64,000 bases of DNA from Macrostomum lignano (lineage: Eukaryota), in the NCBI GenBank assembly GCA_002269645.1, contig NIVC01000342.1:124001-188000 (forward strand), in the 5' to 3' direction. Every line of letters starts with the position of its first letter. Positions within the stretch are counted from its first letter, which is position 1. The position numbers were made by a program, and so were the translations under genes. Below are positions 27,556 to 39,089 of the stretch, in pieces. The notes beneath the pieces are model-generated. The model saw only the letters and a program-made list of their open reading frames with translations. It made no database searches and was not told the DNA's origin.

Positions 27556-30500
27556 ATGTCCCCTCAATCAGCAGGCATGGCAAACACTGAGAAGCAGAGC
27601 GCCGCAGACGCAAGCGGTACAGCAGAAGCAGAGGCTGGCGGCTTCGGCATCGCCAATTCGTTCCGCGAATTCGCCCAGTACACCACCGCCCACGGCCTGG
27701 GACGCTTCGCCGCCCAGTCGACGGCCTTTGGCCGCACAATCTGGATCGCCTTTCTGCTCGGCACTTATGGCGGTTTCGCTTACCACCTGTTCACCTTGAT
27801 TGACAGGTGAATTCATTTGGGGCAATGAAAATTGGCCGAAGGGTTCACAGCCATGAGGGCCAGCCCAGAGTGTTGACTTGTCTGACCTGACTTAGCTGCA
27901 GGGCGGTCTGAAGACTCGGCGGGGAGGCGAGCGGGTTGTCGTGCAATTCCCCCAAGGCACGGAGAGTGTACATGCCTGACGATTAGAAGATCAAGGCTGC
28001 TGTACACCCTGCGTGAGATCGTGTATGAGTTCATTCCTACGTACAGTATTGGCGGGCTTGCATGTGCTCAGGAGTCAGTAGAAAAGGCACAACTAAGAAG
28101 CATTGACGATGAGTCATCCACTTATCCGTTTGTTCAATTAAACAAATATCAACTAAGAAGCATTAACGATGAGTCATCCACTTTTCCGTTTGTTCAATTA
28201 AACAAATATCAACTAAGAAGCATTCACGATGAGTCATCCACTTTTCCGTTTGATCAGTTAAACAAATCCGTTGACGATGTAGATAATATCAAGATTGCTT
28301 TAACCGTTTGTTCAGTTAAACAAATATCAAGTAGCCCGTGCGTCCGATTTCTGAATTGGCTGAATTCCAATCTACTCACAGATTCACCAGCACGCCGCTG
28401 CTCACAAGCCTGGCCACCTCGCTGCCGTACGAGTTCCCGGACGTGTACATCTGCCCGAAGAATCCGATCTCGATGAGTAAGGCCTACGAACCATTCAAGC
28501 TCAAAGATGACGTGCCGAAGTTGCGCGGACTGAAGAAAGACTGCAACACCACCTGCCAGGCCAGGCTGAGCTACTTCAAGGAATCCGACGTCTACCTGAG
28601 CACGCCAATGTACGCATTCGCTAGAATGGTGTATTCTGTGGAAGCTGCTCTGATGCCCAAGCTCAACAACAAAGGCATCGGTGAGGAAACTCATTCTGAG
28701 GGACAAGTTAATGTTTGAGTGATAAATACTCGAGGCACAGTTGAGGGCGGATTACATGGTGTTTTTAGCACTAATTTTGGCGCTTTGAAGCAAATTTACT
28801 GATTTCAGATAACGGTTCACAAGGTGGGACGGGGGGACAAGATATTGTAATGTCCCCCCGGTAACGAAACCCCTGGGTAAGACTAAAGTGTTAATAAGAT
28901 GCATTGTTTAAGGCCAGTAGCACACTCAGTAAGGGTTCGCAATTATTTGGGACACAAAATGCACAGAAATTGAGTCTTGACCTGCGACTTTTTGTTCATT
29001 GCCTGGTGATGTGAAAATCGTTTACGTATCCGTGTGCGTGGGCATGCTCTAGGTCAGTGGAATGGGAGGCAGTGTTCAAAGCCCTCCTAGCAAAATACGT
29101 AGCCAACTAACAAGGCACTAGTTGAATCTTGATAGTGAAAACGAGTTCTTTAGTTTGCAGAGGGTGCGGGTGGGTCTGTAAGTGCGGTAACTCACGGTAT
29201 TTCTCGACGCCCGTCCCAACATCCTGCGCGGGCGATGACTGGCGGGTCACGTGATCCTGCTGCTGCCCCCAGCCTCTACATTCTGTTGCTCCCCTTACAG
29301 GGCCCATTTAGGCGGGGCCAGGCCCGAACCCGTCGATACGTGGAGACTGCCTGCTTTGCGACGCCGTCTGACGCACCCTGGCCGCTTGACTTTGCTTCTC
29401 TGGGTTGCGTCTCTTGTTGCTGTTGCTGTAAAATCAATATTTAAGCTAGATGCATGACGGTGCATTCATTTGAAGCAATTAGAATGCTTCGAATTTTACA
29501 AGTGCTTTCTCCTAATTAATTCAGGAATCATCCCATGCACTTCATTCTATTCATTACAATGCAAGCATACCGGTACACTACAAAGAAGAAAAGAAGTGCA
29601 GGAGAAAAGCTACTACACCATAATTTCCCACGTTTTGTCTTTCAGCGGGAAACACCAGCGAGTGTCGCTTTACCCTGGACGGAACCGAATACACCGGAGA
29701 CAAGAACTCGGTGCCCGTGTTCGGCAACAGCCTGAGGCTGACACTGCCACCAAGCAATCTGACGCAGCCGAACTACGTCACGGAGCTGCCCTGCATGCCA
29801 TGGAACGAGGCCGCCCGTCTGCTTGCAGAGGCCGGCCTCAAGAACATGTCGGACAAGATTCTGTCCTATAATTTCTCAAATAATGACGCCAGGTGCCGGA
29901 CTCCACCTGGCCTGCCGCTGGAGGAATTCGACAATTTCACCAGTGAGTTTCTGGGGCTGTCTGCTCATGCCAGGAACGCTCGCTCATTCAAAGTTTTTTG
30001 ACTTTGGCATAAAATTCATTGCCCAGATATGAAAGTCTCAGGTTATTAAATGTTATTTCTTGTACTAACCAGAGCCAGAATTGGTAAAATATGCTATTAA
30101 AAGCAGCGGAGAGCGGAGCGGAGTTACTCAGCAAAAAACGTGTCTGACTCTCGCGCCACGACCCCTGGTTCGATTCCCGTGCGCAAACAAATTTATTTGG
30201 TACTTGTGCACGAAAATTGGCCGGCGGGTTTTCATGCGATTTACAGCCGTCAGGGCCAACCCCCAAGGCACAGAGAGCGTACCTGCCTGACGGTTGAAAA
30301 GTCAGAAGCCCGCTGTACACCCTGTGTGAGCGTGCGGATGAGAGACTGCCAAAGCGCTGGTTGTGGGATGATGTCGCCGAAGGCGTTGCGCCAGGGTGCC
30401 TCCAGCCCTGCTGCATCAAATGTAGGTTTACATTTGATGCAGTTGTTGTGAACTCTTGGCCATCCTGTGTTTCGTACACTGTTGAAGACCAGCGCAAAAA

Positions 30501-33500
30501 TGAAATGCGCTTGTTTCGTATCTATAATAACGTTTCTTACTATAGTTGGTTGACTTCGATTCACTGCTATAACACGCTTATATCTGATCGAATGAATTTC
30601 AGCCTACCTGATCAACCTAGACAAGGATCCAATCTGCTATCAGGACAGCGCATCGGACAGATTTTTTGTGAGCTGCTTCGGCGGCCAGATTCCCACTATG
30701 AACGTCGAAAAGTGCACCGAATGCTGCTTCAAAAACAACTTCAAGTACTACGGGTTGCAGTACTATGATTGCTTCTGCAGTAACAGAATTGTGCCTGGCA
30801 ACACGGCAGACTCGAGTAACTGCAAGTACTCGTGTCCCGGACAGGCCGCGGATGCGGATGAAACCTGCGGAGGAGACGGCTTGTACATGAGCGTGAAGCA
30901 GATCCGGCCCACGGGTGAGGGAGCCTTGTCTTGCATATTAAAAGCGGCGCGGTTGCATAATCTCTCGCCTCTGTAGACTCTTTCTCGAGCCCTTCATTTC
31001 GGCACGGTGCCTAAGTTAAGGGCAAGAACGGAAGGCACAGGAGGGAAGGCACAGGAGGTAAGGCACTGAGAGAAGGCACATGAGGGAAGGCACAGGAGGG
31101 AAGGCACAGGAGGTAAGGCACATGAGAGAAGGCACAGGAGGGAAGGCACAGGAGGGAAGGCACAGGAGGGAAGGCACAGGAGGGAAGGCACAGGAGGGAA
31201 GGCACAGGAGGGAAGGCACAGGAGGGACCTCTACCAACTCTACAGTGCCTGCTAATTCCATTCTTCCTAAATTCTATTCCATAAATAAAGTTCCCAAATC
31301 AATGAAGCTGTATTACGTATCTACTACTGTCGTATAATTTTTGCTTATATTATCTAAGAAACAAAGTTTCCCTGGCCCTCTACTTTAATCATAATTGACT
31401 TTCTTTTTTCAGCCGACTTGCCTGTATTCGCGTCCTACGGAGGCTTCCTGGCCGACTATCTGATTGGGCCGTACTGTTTCTACAATGATACGCACAATGG
31501 ACTGGCGCTGTCCTACTGCAACATCCCGTTCTGCTGTATGCGGCATTGCGTTATCTGAGCTTGCTCTAATGAGGGGCCGTAGTCCAGTGGTCTGGCGCAG
31601 CTGCTCTCGTGTGCCAGCGGCCCAGGCTCGATTCCAAGTGCAGTCACAATAATCTGGGACTAAATTGGAATCTCAGCTTGGCTCTGCTCGTGCAATTAAC
31701 GGCCTCGAGGGCCAACCCCCCAAGGCACAGTGAAGTGTACATGCCTAACGATAAATAAAGTTAGGGCCGCTGTACACTCCTGTGTGAGTGTGGGCCTGCG
31801 TACGTATCCGCGCGCTTGTGTGCCTGCTCAGGGGAGTCGGCGGAATGGGCAGTAATGCCTCTCGCCGGTTGTGTGTTGATGTCGCTTAAAGTGCGCCAGG
31901 GTGCACACAACCCCCCGGCCTCTAATAAAAAAAATCATCCCAGTTGCTAAGGTCCTTCAGACTAAAAACAAGTTTCGCTCATATGCTTTCGCCTATCTGC
32001 AAATTTAACTTTCTCATTGCTTCATCCGCAGCCGCCTCGGGAACCTACGACTGCGTGGTGCGCAGCTCCGGCGACGTCGCGGAGAAGCAGTCAGCAAAGT
32101 ACACAGGCAACCTGAATTATACCAACTCCGGTCGGGAGTGCATGGTGTGGGACGACGTGAAGACTGCCATAGCCAAGCGGACGCTTAGCCTGGCAAACTC
32201 AGATTTGATTTCTTGGAATTTTCCATTCCGATGTGAGTTTTTCAGTGCCGTTGTCAAAAAACCAATATAAAAATTTATCAATCATCAATACAACTAAAAT
32301 TGTCATATTTTGCCCAGACTACTCAATCGATCAGATGATCATCTTGACGACTGACTACGCGATAAGCAATCGCACGAACTACTGCAGAGCGGCCCACGTC
32401 CTGTACGATGCCACTTACTACGATGAGACTGGCACGAACCGGGTTGGCTCCAGGTAAGCTCCCCAGCTAATTTTTTTCAATGAAATACCTGTGATAATTA
32501 TTATCCAGCTTGGATTCCTGTACGAGCTACAAATTCAAAAACTCCCCATCAACCCAGCCGAAGCACACTAATCTCGTCGTTGGTTCCCGGATGTTTCTAT
32601 GTTAACGAGGAAGACAGTGAAATTCACTTTGAGACTTGCGCTATCGAATCCTGCGGTGAGGTCGCCAACTGTGTCTAAAAACCTTACTTTGATTACATCT
32701 GCACTAACAAATATGTTTGTTCAACTTTAGTTCAAAAGGTAAATTCAGTCAAAATTTGGAAATACTACACCAGGGGTCAGCAAACTGTTTTGCCTCAATG
32801 AGAGTGGAAAGAAGATGGGATGGAAGATGAGAGATGAGAGAAGAGAGAAGAGAGATTAGAGAAAGGATAGAAGATAATAGAAGAGGAGAGTGGAGAGAGG
32901 AGAGGGTAGAGACATGAGAGTGGAGAGAGGGGAGGGGAGGGAGGGGAGAGGTTAGAGAGAAGAGAGTAGAGAGAGGAGAGAGGAGAGAGGAGAGAGGAGA
33001 GGGGGAGAGAAGGTGAGAGAGGAGGGAAAAGAGAGAGAGGGAGAGAAGAGAAGAGACATCAACCTTGAGCGGGCCGGATTGCTATTTTGAAGTTTCAAAG
33101 GACCGAGGGCCGGATAGAGAGGCTCTGCGGGGTTGCATGTCACCCGCGGGCCGGAGAATGCACCGAGACATTAATTTCTACTCACTCACTTCAGTGGAGA
33201 CCAGTCCCAGCGTCCCTGGCATCGTCAGAAACAACATTGGAACAGCCGAACTGGCTCGCCAGTTTGGTCCCAGCCTCGACGTCAGCTTGATTGACTGCGA
33301 CTTCTACGGCTGGCAGTGCACAGCCAACCATTTTCAGGAGGTCTTACACCCAGAGAGCGGTGTCTGTTATAAGTTCATGAAAGAGCCATTTATTACAGGT
33401 TTGAGCCTGCCAGAACTGAAAGAAGCCAGCCTGGCTGTTCAGCTGTTCACCGACGCCACCGATTCCGACGGCATCGGTCCAGAGCAGGCGCAAGACGCGT

Positions 33501-35759
33501 CGAAGGCGATCTTGAACGAGCTGGGCGATTCAAGCAGAGCAGGCAACCGTGCTTTTGACGTAATGACCTAATCACAGTTATAATATCAAATTAAGCGAAT
33601 ATTATTGTTAGCCAAACTAAGCCGAGAACAAACGCAATAAATGCAGGTGGTCATCGTACCAAACGGCACGTTTCCATGGATATCGCAAGCCTTTGGAGTT
33701 GTCAAGTCTCAAAAGTCGGAATTCAAGGTGCGTCTCGACAGGACAACCCGACTATCAAAGCCATCGCTGGAGTGCAGCAAGGCCGCACCGCCTGTCACGT
33801 ACGTTCTAGACTATTGGAAGCCTGCTGGCCTGCCATCAAATGTGACGTAAGCATTTCGAGCTGTTTCAAGAGATTGATTCCGATGTAATTTTTTAACTTG
33901 TAGCAAAACTTTTTAGGGCCTTGATGGAAACCACCTTTTGGGCTGTTGAAAATGCAGAAAATTGGACTGCTAAGATTGACTTGATGAAGCAACTGGTTAT
34001 TAGCTATAACGGCATGAAGTAAGTGTCGTTGTCTGCGTGTACTTCTGCTGTATCACCCCAACAGTGTAAACTCGCATGGAGCAACTTGGCAACAATATTA
34101 TTTTTAGGAGCTCAACAAAGCAGAAAGTGACGTTCCAGACAAGCACCCAGGAGGACTGCCTCAATGAGTACGTGCTGCGCAGATTCGCCGAAAACTGCCG
34201 CTGTCTGCCGACTTTCCTACCCATCCCTGAGCAGCTATTTGCCAAATATCCCATCTGCTTCAACTCAACAGACATAGAAAATTTGTACAAAACTGACCAA
34301 TGCTTCATCCAACAGAAGAAGAGGGTGAAGACTTACCGAGTTGAAGCTCGGGACCATTGCATGCCGCCTTGCGAGACAAGAAAGTACACGGTCAGCCAGA
34401 ACTCTTTTCCCTGGCCGAACGTTCGGAGGCAGGTGTCGGAGGGTTTCTTAAGAAATCTGGCCAAAACCTACGGCTATCCGAATCGAGTAAAGTCTCTAAG
34501 AGGTCCGGGTGTCATCTATTCGACCTATCTTCGGTACCGGAGTTTGAGCGAAAACATAACTGAACTCATGAACTTCGACTACCAGCTGCTCACGCTGCAG
34601 GACCAGCTGGCCATGGTGTCGGTCTCGTCGGCTCAAATGTTTGGCGAAGACATCCTGGAGGAAGAGGCCTATCCAATTAAGAACTTGCTGGCGGACATGG
34701 GCGGTGAGCGCTTATTTACTTTCCACAGTTTCGCAACACAGTTATAGTACGTAATTTCGCAGATATTGCCTGGATACTAGAGTTTCAGTAACTCTTCTGT
34801 ATATATGTTTCTAATTACGTAGTTTCATAAATCTGATCAATTCGCCTAAAGGAAGTACAAAAAAAATTTGGCCGGAGAGGTCGTTGTGCGATTCACACCG
34901 ATCGTGGCCAACCCCCAAGGGCACAAAGAGAGTACAAGCCTGACGATGTGAAAGTCAGGGCAAGTGCCTGTCGGCGTCAGCGGGATGGGCAGAATTATTG
35001 TACCTTACCTCACCCCTGGTCATGGGACCGTGTCACCAAAGGCGGTGCCCCTGGGTGCCAATCTTGGTTAGAGACAGGGCCTGTGTGCACCCTGGAGCAC
35101 TTAAGCGACATTGTCACAACCCTGGTGAGAGGCATTGCTGCCCATTCCGCCGACTCCCCCGAGCAGGCACACAAACGCGCGGATACGTACACAGTCATAC
35201 GCACAGGCACACACTCACACAGGAGTGTACAGCGGCCCTAACGTTATTCATATCTTTAGGCACCTACACTTCACTGCGCCTTGGGGGGTTGGCCATCAAG
35301 GCCGTTCATTGCACGAGCAGAAATTAATTTGACTGCACTTGGAATCCAGCCAAAACCACTAGACCACCAGGCTATGCCTTTCGCCCATGGGTGCTAACAG
35401 CCCTCCTGAGATTATTATTAGATTATTAGCTGAGAAAACAGCGATAAAAGTATATCCTAGCACCTGCATTCAACGGCTCGAACACAGGCATCCTGGGCCT
35501 CTGGTGCGGCGTCTCCATTCTGACCGTGTGCGAGCTGATCGAGCTGTCAGTCTACGTAATTCTAACGCTGAAGCAGTTCTGCGCTGGGGACAAACAGCGG
35601 CGCGGCAGGTCTGACAGGGGCGCCAGCGGACACGACGGCCCCGGGGCTGCGTACGCCGTACCGGAACTGCCAACAGCGCCGCCATCGATGAAAGACGATG
35701 CCAACAATGGCGGTGAAGTTGCTGATGAAGACGGTGGAGTTGAAACCAGCCGCTTTTGA
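27556..35759 (+). CDS. DEG/ENaC (amiloride-sensitive Na channel family) subunit A with kringle(WSC)-kringle insertion, about 1042-1049 aa, 12 exons
   Basis: Exons 27556(or 27577)-27806, 28382-28680, 29646-29942, 30603-30914, 31413-31535, 32032-32232, 32318-32453, 32558-32655, 33195-33559, 33647-33846, 34108-34703, 35488-35759. All junctions are GT-AG and phase-consistent; total from 27577 is 3129 nt. Motifs: pre-TM1 TTAHG, TM1, [24 protein letters not shown], Cys-rich thumb (NCRCLP, CMPPC), TM2 [19 protein letters not shown]. Confidence 0.93.
28090..28268. repeat. 60-bp tandem repeat x3
   Basis: Three consecutive 60-nt rows are nearly identical. Confidence 0.9.
28770..28875 (-). mobile_element. 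Remnant end of a MITE related to 50306-50941
   Basis: Minus strand begins CAGGGG, then GGGGGGACA..TGTCCCCCC hairpin, CCCACCTT and CTTCA..GCGCCAAAAT in the same order as the left end of the 50306 element. Confidence 0.45.
29200..29400 (+). mobile_element. 3' fragment of the same LINE family
   Basis: [16 protein letters not shown] peptide; nt similarity to the reverse complement of 40870-40960. Confidence 0.65.
30100..30400 (+). mobile_element. SINE A-related subfamily copy
   Basis: B box CTGGTTCGATTCCCGTGCGCAAAC, then GGCCAACCCCCAAGGCACAG...GCTGTACACCC. Related fragments at about 27945-28020, 34890-34965, 48945-48975, 60750-60790, 61450-61530, 61930-62020. Confidence 0.7.
30603..30914 (+). 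other. WSC domain exon of channel A (phase 1-1)
   Basis: ICYQD...[10 protein letters not shown]...[13 protein letters not shown]...CKYSCPG...TCGG..MSV matches the WSC pattern GCYxD..CxxxC..YAGL..CxC..CxxxCxG..CGG..SV. Confidence 0.88.
31030..31228. repeat. 14-bp minisatellite (GGGAAGGCACAGGA)n
   Basis: Direct reading. Confidence 0.9.
31573..31932 (+). mobile_element. SINE family A, full length (intron 5 of channel A)
   Basis: Collinear and highly similar to 62109-62477 from the tRNA head to the poly-A tail. Confidence 0.85.
32032..32655 (+). other. Kringle domain 2 of channel A (3 exons)
   Basis: YDC...[18 protein letters not shown]...NYCRA...PGCFY...ETCAIESC: six Cys with the YxG, SGxxCxxW and NYCR kringle hallmarks. 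Confidence 0.85.
32771..33165 (-). mobile_element. hAT-Charlie-like MITE carrying a GA/CT microsatellite
   Basis: CAGGGGTCAGCAAACT end; shares CAATCCGGCCCGCTCAAGGTT and CCGGCCCTCGGTCCTTTGAAACTTCA with 39638-39900 and 19535-20110. Confidence 0.6.
35085..35350 (-). mobile_element. SINE family A, truncated, reverse strand
   Basis: The reverse complement matches the SINE A body (GATTCCAAGTGCAGTC...GGCCAACCCCCCAAGG...GTCGCTTAAGTGC). Confidence 0.8.
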
Positions 35760-36409
35760 GTTGTAGTAAGACAAATATTTAAGCATAGAGAATAACAAAA
35801 ATGGCTGTTGTGTTTTTAATAACAGACAGCCTTGAGAAAATATTGAATAATTCTAAACTACGAAAGGTATATATACGAAGTCAAATTATTGCAACCTCTG
35901 ATATTTTGTTCTCTAATATTTTTAATGCACACGAACGTTTTTATGAGCTTTTCAAAGCTTTTGTTTATTTAAATGATATTGATATTGCCTTTGTTTGTCG
36001 ATATTTTTTCTGTGATTACTATTTTTCAACTATTTATTGTTAATTGTTAAATTATTGTTAAAAATCGGTTTGAAAGTGTCTTTTATCGTTCTATAAACTA
36101 TATCGTTATAGTTCGCTAAAGATAGTGTATAAAAAAGTTTGCTTATTGAAACAATGTAGGAACTCCTTCCACAGAATTTATATACCCTGTTTTAGTTAAT
36201 TCCCATTTTTTTTAGAATTTTTCAATCTACTGTAATATCAGACGATTTTAAAAAACTATTAAAAATATAACTGTCAGACCGGATCTCCCTTAATTGCTCC
36301 CACCAGAAACACCGGTAAAAATTGAGGGTCGATAGCCTGTAAATTAATCTAAGCGTATATGGCCTGCGATGTGTCAACGGAATTAAAGCGTAGGCATAGG
36401 GGTACGGAT

Positions 36410-37908
36410 ATTCTATTCTATTCTATTCTATTCTATTCTATTCTATTCTATTCTATTCTATTCTATTCTATTCTATTCTATTCTATTCTATTCTATTCTA
36501 TTCTATTCTATTCTATTCTATTCTATTCTATTCTATTCTATTCTATTCTATTCTATTCTATTCTATTCTATTCTATTCTATTCTATTCTATTCTATTCTA
36601 TTCTATTCTATTCTATTCTATTCTATTCTATTCTATTCTATTCTATTCTATTCTATTCTATTCTATTCTATTCTATTCTATTCTATTCTATTCTATTCTA
36701 TTCTATTCTATTCTATTCTATTCTATTCTATTCTATTCTATTCTATTCTATTCTATTCTATTCTATTCTATTCTATTCTATTCTATTCTATTCTATTCTA
36801 TTCTATTCTATTCTATTCTATTCTATTCTATTCTATTCTATTCTATTCTATTCTATTCTATTCTATTCTATTCTATTCTATTCTATTCTATTCTATTCTA
36901 TTCTATTCTATTCTATTCTATTCTATTCTATTCTATTCTATTCTATTCTATTCTATTCTATTCTATTCTATTCTATTCTATTCTATTCTATTCTATTCTA
37001 TTCTATTCTATTCTATTCTATTCTATTCTATTCTATTCTATTCTATTCTATTCTATTCTATTCTATTCTATTCTATTCTATTCTATTCTATTCTATTCTA
37101 TTCTATTCTATTCTATTCTATTCTATTCTATTCTATTCTATTCTATTCTATTCTATTCTATTCTATTCTATTCTATTCTATTCTATTCTATTCTATTCTA
37201 TTCTTTCTATTCTATTCTATTCTATTCTATTCTATTCTATTCTATTCTATTCTATTCTATTCTATTCTATTCTATTCTATTCTATTCTATTCTATTCTAT
37301 TCTATTCTATTCTATTCTATTCTATTCTATTCTATTCTATTCTATTCTATTCTATTCTATTCTATTCTATTCTATTCTATTCTATTCTATTCTTTTCTAT
37401 TCTATTCTATTCTATTCTATTCTATTCTATTCTATTCTATTCTATTCTATTCTATTCTATTCTATCCTATTCTATTCTATTCTATTCTATTCTATTCTTT
37501 TCTATTCTATTCTATTCTATTCTATTCTATTCTATTCTATTCTATTATATTCTATTCTATTCTATTCTATTCTATTCTATTCTATTCTATTATATTCTAT
37601 TCTATTCTATTCTATTCTATTCTATTCTATTCTATTCTATTCTATTCTATTCTATTCTATTCTATTCTATTCTATTCTATTCTATTCTATTCTATTCTAT
37701 TCTATTCTATTCTATTCTATTCTATTCTATTCTATCCTATTCTATCCTATTCTATTCTATTCTATTCTATTCTATTCTATTCTATTCTATTCTATTCTAT
37801 TCTATTCTATTCTATTCTTTTCTATTCTATTCTATTCTATTCTATTCTATTCTATTCTATTCTATTCTATTCTATTCTATTCTATTCTATTCTATCCTAT
37901 TCTATTCC
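36410..37908. repeat. (TTCTA)n pentanucleotide array, about 1.5 kb
   Basis: Direct reading; explains ORF 36359..37912. Confidence 0.98.
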
Positions 37909-39089
37909 TTAATTCCTTAATGAGCAACGGAGCAGCAATGCATCCAAATTTTACACCTGGGTTCGCGTGCACCAAAACTGCTCTGGGGTTTTTCATGCAA
38001 TCAAGCCCTCACGGAGCAACAGTGAACACGCCTGACAACAATAAATATTGCTTAAAAACCAATGTACACAGGAGAGATAAGATCGAGGAACTGTAATTTT
38101 GCTTGCTTGCCAGAGTCCTGTGTTCTCCCGGCCGGCTCAATCTCGTCCCGTTGCCAGTGCGGTCTGCGGCCGTTGTTGATCGGTTGTGCATTCCGAGGGC
38201 CTGTCCTGCAATTCAAAATCCAGTTCTGACCGGTCTCTGGGTTGGGCTGGCATGCTGAACTGATGGAGAGGGCTCAGGGGGGGTGTCTCTTTACTCATGC
38301 TAGCGTCCGTTTTCTATTTTTGTCTTTAGGTTGCTCTGAGAGCTGTCTAATTATCTTTCAGACTTTTTAACTCCTAAAACTCCACTGCAGAAACTGTCCA
38401 TTTGTTATTTCTTGATGTTATCAAATATTAGTCATCAAATATTACAAAAGCAAATCATTGAAAACCCAAGTTCTAGATAAAATAGAATCGAGGTTAGAGA
38501 AGTGACTCTTGAGTGTGTTTTTTAAAAACGCATTTATGACTGAGTCTAAGTTTGTCAGCTTCCGCAAATCAAGGTGTTCGTGCAGGATGACATGCACTCC
38601 CCCGGATCCTATCCTGACTTACTGCTGAACCTGCAGGTAGCCATTCGCCGATCAGTCTCAGCCATGCTGGAAACAGTTGATACATTACCTGTCTATTTAT
38701 GGTGATAATAGCTGGTGGTGGTGACAATTTGGCAAAATTGTAGCCGCCTCGAGCTGCTTGCAGGAAAGTATGACTGCACGTACGAAAGCGATGCAAGCCA
38801 GGTGCAATACGCGGTAAGCTGGGACTGGTTAATGATTGAGGTTGAAAAAGCACACACTCTGCTTTTCTACAACCGAAATGATGCTAGTTATTAGTGAGTT
38901 TTACCAGTCCTGCTTGTTTTTAGCCTGCATTCAGCAATAGCACGAACAGCTGACAGTCACCGAAACTGACGTTCAATTTGTGCTGAAATAAATTTTACAC
39001 AGACTACTGAAAGTAGAAAGATATGAGGCATCTGTTATAAAAAATCTAGACAACTTTATCCTGCATTTTCTGACACTTACTAACAACGA

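Larger units (their letters stand above)
29646..31535 (+). other. Kringle domain 1 of channel A, split by a WSC domain
   Basis: [13 protein letters not shown]...LPCMPW...ARCRTPP (C1-C3, exon 29646-29942) and GPYCFY...SYCNIPFC (C4-C6, exon 31413-31535) together give the six-Cys kringle pattern. Confidence 0.8.

Noticed and set aside
29646-30914. Separate Kremen-like gene nested in a channel intron
   Set aside because: No signal peptide, CUB domain, own start or stop; the exons are phase-locked with the channel exons in both paralogs.
34935-34965. Hammerhead ribozyme (CTGACGA..GAAA) in a SINE fragment
   Set aside because: CTGAC pairs with GTCAG as a hairpin stem, there is no room for stem II, and the motif is not conserved in other copies.
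36359-37912. 517-aa YSILF ORF
   Set aside because: Stop-free frame of (TTCTA)n.
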